Position numbers and translations under genes: made by a program. This document shows positions 59,865 to 64,000 of a DNA stretch of 64,000 nucleotides, in pieces. The DNA comes from Lachnospiraceae bacterium (lineage in GTDB: Bacteria; Bacillota; Clostridia; Lachnospirales; Lachnospiraceae), in the NCBI GenBank assembly GCA_031555415.1, contig JAVBUL010000047.1, positions 28,497-92,496 on the forward strand. Direction: 5' to 3'. Under the pieces are notes generated by a model, which ran no database searches, was not told the DNA's origin, and was given only the letters and a program-made list of their open reading frames with translations. Every line of letters begins with the position of its first letter. Positions within the stretch are counted from its first letter, which is position 1.

Positions 59865-62800
59865 TTATATGTTTTCCAAAAACAAGGTACAAAGTTCACC
59901 ATTACCGGCTGCAAAAGTACAATGTTCATTTTCAACTATTATATTGCTAATATGTCCTTCTGATATAAAGCTTGTGACAAGCTTTCCTGAATTTATATCC
60001 CAAACTTCCAGACAATCATCTATCTCAGCGCCATCAGGTTTTGCATGCGATAATTTTCTTGAAACAAATAATAATCTGCCATTGGAATGTAGTGAAGCAT
60101 GCGTATCGTATTCAGTGCCATAGTAATAATCAGATTTTTCTAGTTTATTAAGTTGAAACAGAAGCTTAAATTTTTTTAATTCAATAACAGCAACAAATTC
60201 TTCCGATTTTACTAATAGAGTGTTATTCTTAAAAAATAGTTTATTAGTATGATAAAAATTTGAAGACAATAAGGAACATCTTTTATAATCTTTAATACGA
60301 ACTCTTTTTGAAAGTCTGCCTTTATGTCCCAATTTATAAATATACAAATTGCTAGTATATAAATTAAAAGCATATAATACTTTTCCATTATCATTAATTT
60401 CAAAAATAAAATCAGTCAGACGTTCTTCATGTTCGTATATATTCTTATCACCTGATAATGAATTTGTAATTTGTAATGTTTGTCCTTTCCAGTTAATGGT
60501 GGAGATTTGTTTGCCATCACATACTCTGAAAACAATAATTTCATTTTTTATCTCTGGAGTGCAGATAGCATATTTGTAATCTGAACAAAAGTGTACATGA
60601 AGATTATTTTTTAGGCAAAAGGTTTTATCAGTTATTTTTACACTGAATGAATTAGCACATTTATGCTCAGATTCTAACACAGGAAAATCACCAAATGGCC
60701 AATAAGAAATCATAACATTTTTTTCGTTTTCTAAGGCATCATTTTTTGATACTACAGCACTTCCATCCGCTGTAACAGTTGGAAAATGAGTATTTGTATG
60801 TGACAAAAGAGGAACATTTGAAATAAATCTATTTGTATCTGCGTCAAAGAAGCTAATTGTTCCTGAAGCATCGCCTTCAGTCGGAGTATGGTATGGTTGC
60901 ACGTAATCCATATATGAAGAAGCTATAAAAAGATTCGACTTGTCATTTTTTCCGAGGCTCCTATAACGTTCACTGCTTGAATTGTCTATTCTCTCTTCTG
61001 TAAGTAAAGAAAATTTTTTTATTATTGTAAATTGATTGCTAATTGAAAAACAATGCGTACCATCAGGCGTAAATGCAGCATCCATAATAACTCCCATATG
61101 ACATGAAATTCTACGTCTTAATTCCATATCGGGGATAGAATAAAAACTCAATGCACCATCATGCCCTCCAATCATAAGACGTTCACTGTCGGGTGAAAAT
61201 GATATTGAATTAACGCCACGCTTATCAGTTCTTATTTCTTTTATCAGTTTTTCATCTTCAATTGACCATAAGCGGACAATACCATCTTGGTCTCCGCTTG
61301 CCATATATTTTTCATTTTGACTTACATCTAATTTAACAACTGAACTTTTATGGCCTTCTAATATGCTTTTTTCAGTAAGAGTGCAAGAAGACGAGTCATA
61401 AGAAAATAAGCATATAGGATGATATTCTTGACGTCCCCATGGTTTTCTATAATCAGAATTGTCTCTGTCTGGATGAAGATTGCCAACTGCCAAGATATTT
61501 CCACCAAAAGCATATGAACAAGCAGCATATTTATATGGAACACCAAATAAGACTTCACCAGATTGAATATCAAAAAGAGTAAGACCTGAATGAGTCCATG
61601 CAATCACCGAAGTGCTATCAGGTGTTATTGCGAAAGAAATATGCTCAGCATAAAAACTATTTTCTTTTTTTGTTAAATGGCATGGAAGTTCATCCGGAAA
61701 GTCCATGATTGCTTTATATGAGGAGGTTTCCCAAATGCGTATTTTTTTCCCTGCAAAACTATAATTGCCGATAAGATATTTACCATCGGGTGAAAAAAGT
61801 GCTTTAATACCATTTTCATCATCTATGGATAGGCTACGTACTATACTCCCACGGTTAAGATTCCACAATAAAAATTCATTTCCCCCTGTCTTATTTAAAG
61901 ACGGGGTAACAATATATTGCTCGTCTGGTGATAATGTAAAGTTTCCAGCAACAGGGAAGTCAGATTTATATTCCCTAACAACAGAGGTCTCGCCCGGACG
62001 TTCAAAAAATGGAAGTTTAGGTCTTAGCCATGCTTGATTATTTTCGGATAATATTTTAGACGCATTTCTAATTAGTTTGTCACACAATTCATCTTCATTT
62101 TCATGAAATCTTCCCCATAATTGTGAAGGAAGCTGTTCGGGAAACTTTTTTAATATCCCCCCGGCTAAATAGTAAAAATCTTTAATTAAAACAACACTCT
62201 TATCACTTGAGTATTTACAATCTTCTAATATAGCTTCAACACCAAAATTTTTTATTTGCTCATCATGATGAAGGTATTCAGAAATTAGAATTTTATACTC
62301 ACTTAAACGCTCTGCATAAAATAATTGAAAGGCTAGTTCCATTAATCTTCGTGGTGCGTTAATTGGTAAGCTTAAAAAGTAATCAGCAATTAAACTATGC
62401 CATTTTTGAGATGCTTTTGTTTTACAGTATCGTTCTTTACATGCTTGACGAAACGATTCATAAAAGAAATTTATTCGTCCATCTCTTTTTACTAAATAAC
62501 TCCTTAATTGCCGGATTAAATAATTGATGGCATCTTCTGCATCTTCTATGCAATTTGCCCAATTATTTTTTATAAATAGTTTAACAAATTCATCCAAAGA
62601 TAATCCATCTTTTGAATGAACAAGTAATCCTAGCATATTTTCAGCCAATCTCTTTGGATTTAGATTATGGTATGCAGGATCATTTTCTATGCGTTTTAAT
62701 AATGAATCGAAAGCGGTAATGGGGTTACATCCATATTCGTTATTAATTTTTTGAGCAAGATTATCGTATGAGCCAAAAACACGCAGTTCTGAAAGTATTA

Positions 62801-64000
62801 TTTTAAGAAAAAGTGGATTTTCAGTACCGGAAAGACCTACAAGTTCTTCAAGTAGCTTATCGTCTAATTCTTTTAAGTATGTTAATAGATATGCTTTTGC
62901 CAACATTAGCTTTTCGTCTTTTTCAGTAAGTCCCCAAAATTCTGATATATAAGCATATTCTTTTAATGCACTTGTAAATTCCTTAGCTTCCAATACGTCT
63001 GAACGATAAGTAGTAATGACTTTTAGTCCTTTTGGAAGAATCTTAGGAAGAAAGTCTGAACAGGCTAAACCACCAGCTAATTGATCTAATGCATCAATAA
63101 TAATTATTAGTGGCTTCTGTGGTGATGCTTCTGACTTTTTTATAGCATTAGCTAATAATTCAGGAAATTGCATTAGTACATCTTTTGAGTTGCTTGGAAT
63201 GTCAACATTTAATTGATTTAGCAATGAGATTGCTATACGTTCGGATGAAAATGAATCTGTACTTATTCCAGCAAAACGATAAATAATAGTTCTATTTGAG
63301 TTAAGTATATAATTGGCTAAGAAACTAGATTTTCCCATACCTGCACTGGCTCTGATATACATGGGCCTTTGATCACCACCCAGGATATAATCATCCAAAG
63401 TTTTTTCTAAAGAGGGCCTATTTATATATCCTTCTGCAATCACATGTAGGAGTTTTCCTTGTTCCTCCAATTCTTTTTGAAGTGGAGTTTCATGCTCAAA
63501 TTTTCTTTCGCCATATTGGAGAGTTATAGCTGTTTTGAGTTGATTTAATATTAAATCAGAAAGAGGTTCATTCTCTTTTTTCGTTCTAAAAGCACATAGT
63601 CTTCCATTAGCTAATAAGCCATCGGAATTATTTTTATTTAATAATTCTGGGGTTTTCAATGAAGTATTCCAGTCTGCTTTGTATTCGATAACAGGAGTAT
63701 GTTGTGGTATATATTGTTTTTGAAAAAGGTTTTCGCGAATACTATTTTGCTTTTTGTCGGCAAGACGACGTTTTTCATTATCTTCACCCTCATTGGTAAA
63801 CAAATTGCGTAGGGGAGCATAAGAGATGTTCTCTAAATAGTCTGGATCACGAAGGTAGAAAAAAGCGTGTTTAACAGTCTCTTTGTAATCCTTACTCATC
63901 GAATTTAAAAGAGCGTGGCGTATTTCCATTTCAGTGACGGAACAACCAAGATAATCATGCAAAAGTGGAAACTCTATAAAGGTTTCTTTGTTTATATTCT
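59865..64000 (-). CDS. STAND/NACHT NTPase with WD40 repeats and probable N-terminal DUF4062 domain (TEP1/NWD1-like); 5' end outside window
   Basis: SVTEMEIRHA DUF4062-like tail, P-loop ASAGMGKS, Walker B IIIIDALDQL, NPLFL, and WD40 repeat GHKSSV...ASGDQDGIVRLWS; frame open to the window edge. Confidence 0.82.
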   Translation of the reverse strand, partial: NINKETFIEFPLLHDYLGCSVTEMEIRHALLNSMSKDYKETVKHAFFYLRDPDYLENISYAPLRNLFTNEGEDNEKRRLADKKQNSIRENLFQKQYIPQHTPVIEYKADWNTSLKTPELLNKNNSDGLLANGRLCAFRTKKENEPLSDLILNQLKTAITLQYGERKFEHETPLQKELEEQGKLLHVIAEGYINRPSLEKTLDDYILGGDQRPMYIRASAGMGKSSFLANYILNSNRTIIYRFAGISTDSFSSERIAISLLNQLNVDIPSNSKDVLMQFPELLANAIKKSEASPQKPLIIIIDALDQLAGGLACSDFLPKILPKGLKVITTYRSDVLEAKEFTSALKEYAYISEFWGLTEKDEKLMLAKAYLLTYLKELDDKLLEELVGLSGTENPLFLKIILSELRVFGSYDNLAQKINNEYGCNPITAFDSLLKRIENDPAYHNLNPKRLAENMLGLLVHSKDGLSLDEFVKLFIKNNWANCIEDAEDAINYLIRQLRSYLVKRDGRINFFYESFRQACKERYCKTKASQKWHSLIADYFLSLPINAPRRLMELAFQLFYAERLSEYKILISEYLHHDEQIKNFGVEAILEDCKYSSDKSVVLIKDFYYLAGGILKKFPEQLPSQLWGRFHENEDELCDKLIRNASKILSENNQAWLRPKLPFFERPGETSVVREYKSDFPVAGNFTLSPDEQYIVTPSLNKTGGNEFLLWNLNRGSIVRSLSIDDENGIKALFSPDGKYLIGNYSFAGKKIRIWETSSYKAIMDFPDELPCHLTKKENSFYAEHISFAITPDSTSVIAWTHSGLTLFDIQSGEVLFGVPYKYAACSYAFGGNILAVGNLHPDRDNSDYRKPWGRQEYHPICLFSYDSSSCTLTEKSILEGHKSSVVKLDVSQNEKYMASGDQDGIVRLWSIEDEKLIKEIRTDKRGVNSISFSPDSERLMIGGHDGALSFYSIPDMELRRRISCHMGVIMDAAFTPDGTHCFSISNQFTIIKKFSLLTEERIDNSSSERYRSLGKNDKSNLFIASSYMDYVQPYHTPTEGDASGTISFFDADTNRFISNVPLLSHTNTHFPTVTADGSAVVSKNDALENEKNVMISYWPFGDFPVLESEHKCANSFSVKITDKTFCLKNNLHVHFCSDYKYAICTPEIKNEIIVFRVCDGKQISTINWKGQTLQITNSLSGDKNIYEHEERLTDFIFEINDNGKVLYAFNLYTSNLYIYKLGHKGRLSKRVRIKDYKRCSLLSSNFYHTNKLFFKNNTLLVKSEEFVAVIELKKFKLLFQLNKLEKSDYYYGTEYDTHASLHSNGRLLFVSRKLSHAKPDGAEIDDCLEVWDINSGKLVTSFISEGHISNIIVENEHCTFAAGNGELCTLFLENI

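Overview
Low-GC Firmicute chromosome segment, Lachnospiraceae/Clostridiales-like by gene content. Left to right: the tail of an APH-like phosphotransferase, murG and a HIT hydrolase, a sensorless orphan histidine kinase, a flavodoxin-SCP2 fusion and a rhomboid protease. Next is a complete Gram-positive Tad/Flp pilus operon (minus strand, 5207-14377), head-to-head with yaaL and a sigma28-driven DUF6240-flagellin-fliS module. Then come glgB, an aconitase-family hydratase, a ferredoxin, a 1291-aa sortase-type surface protein, sporulation-type genes (RacA-like HTH, spmB), an LD-carboxypeptidase, hemolysin III, trmB, a nine-gene V/A-type ATPase operon, a DD-carboxypeptidase, a DEDDh exonuclease, BlaI/BlaR1-like genes and tRNA-Arg(CCT). 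The tRNA is followed by an accessory-looking block: a MoxR/DUF58/VWA operon, an LRR surface protein and a NACHT-WD40 STAND protein cut by the window edge. The most striking unexplained feature is a 31-bp RNA helix inside the Tad operon (7979-8130). It is encoded in an abnormally long prepilin leader, buries the SD and AUG of a Cys/His-rich TadE-like pseudopilin, and has loop segments able to form a competing fold, so it is a candidate new translational switch for the pilus. Also notable: a shared direct-repeat promoter motif ahead of two distant surface-protein genes, a dispersed 27-bp palindrome and an IS3-family end remnant. All product calls come from recognising motifs by eye, not from database searches.
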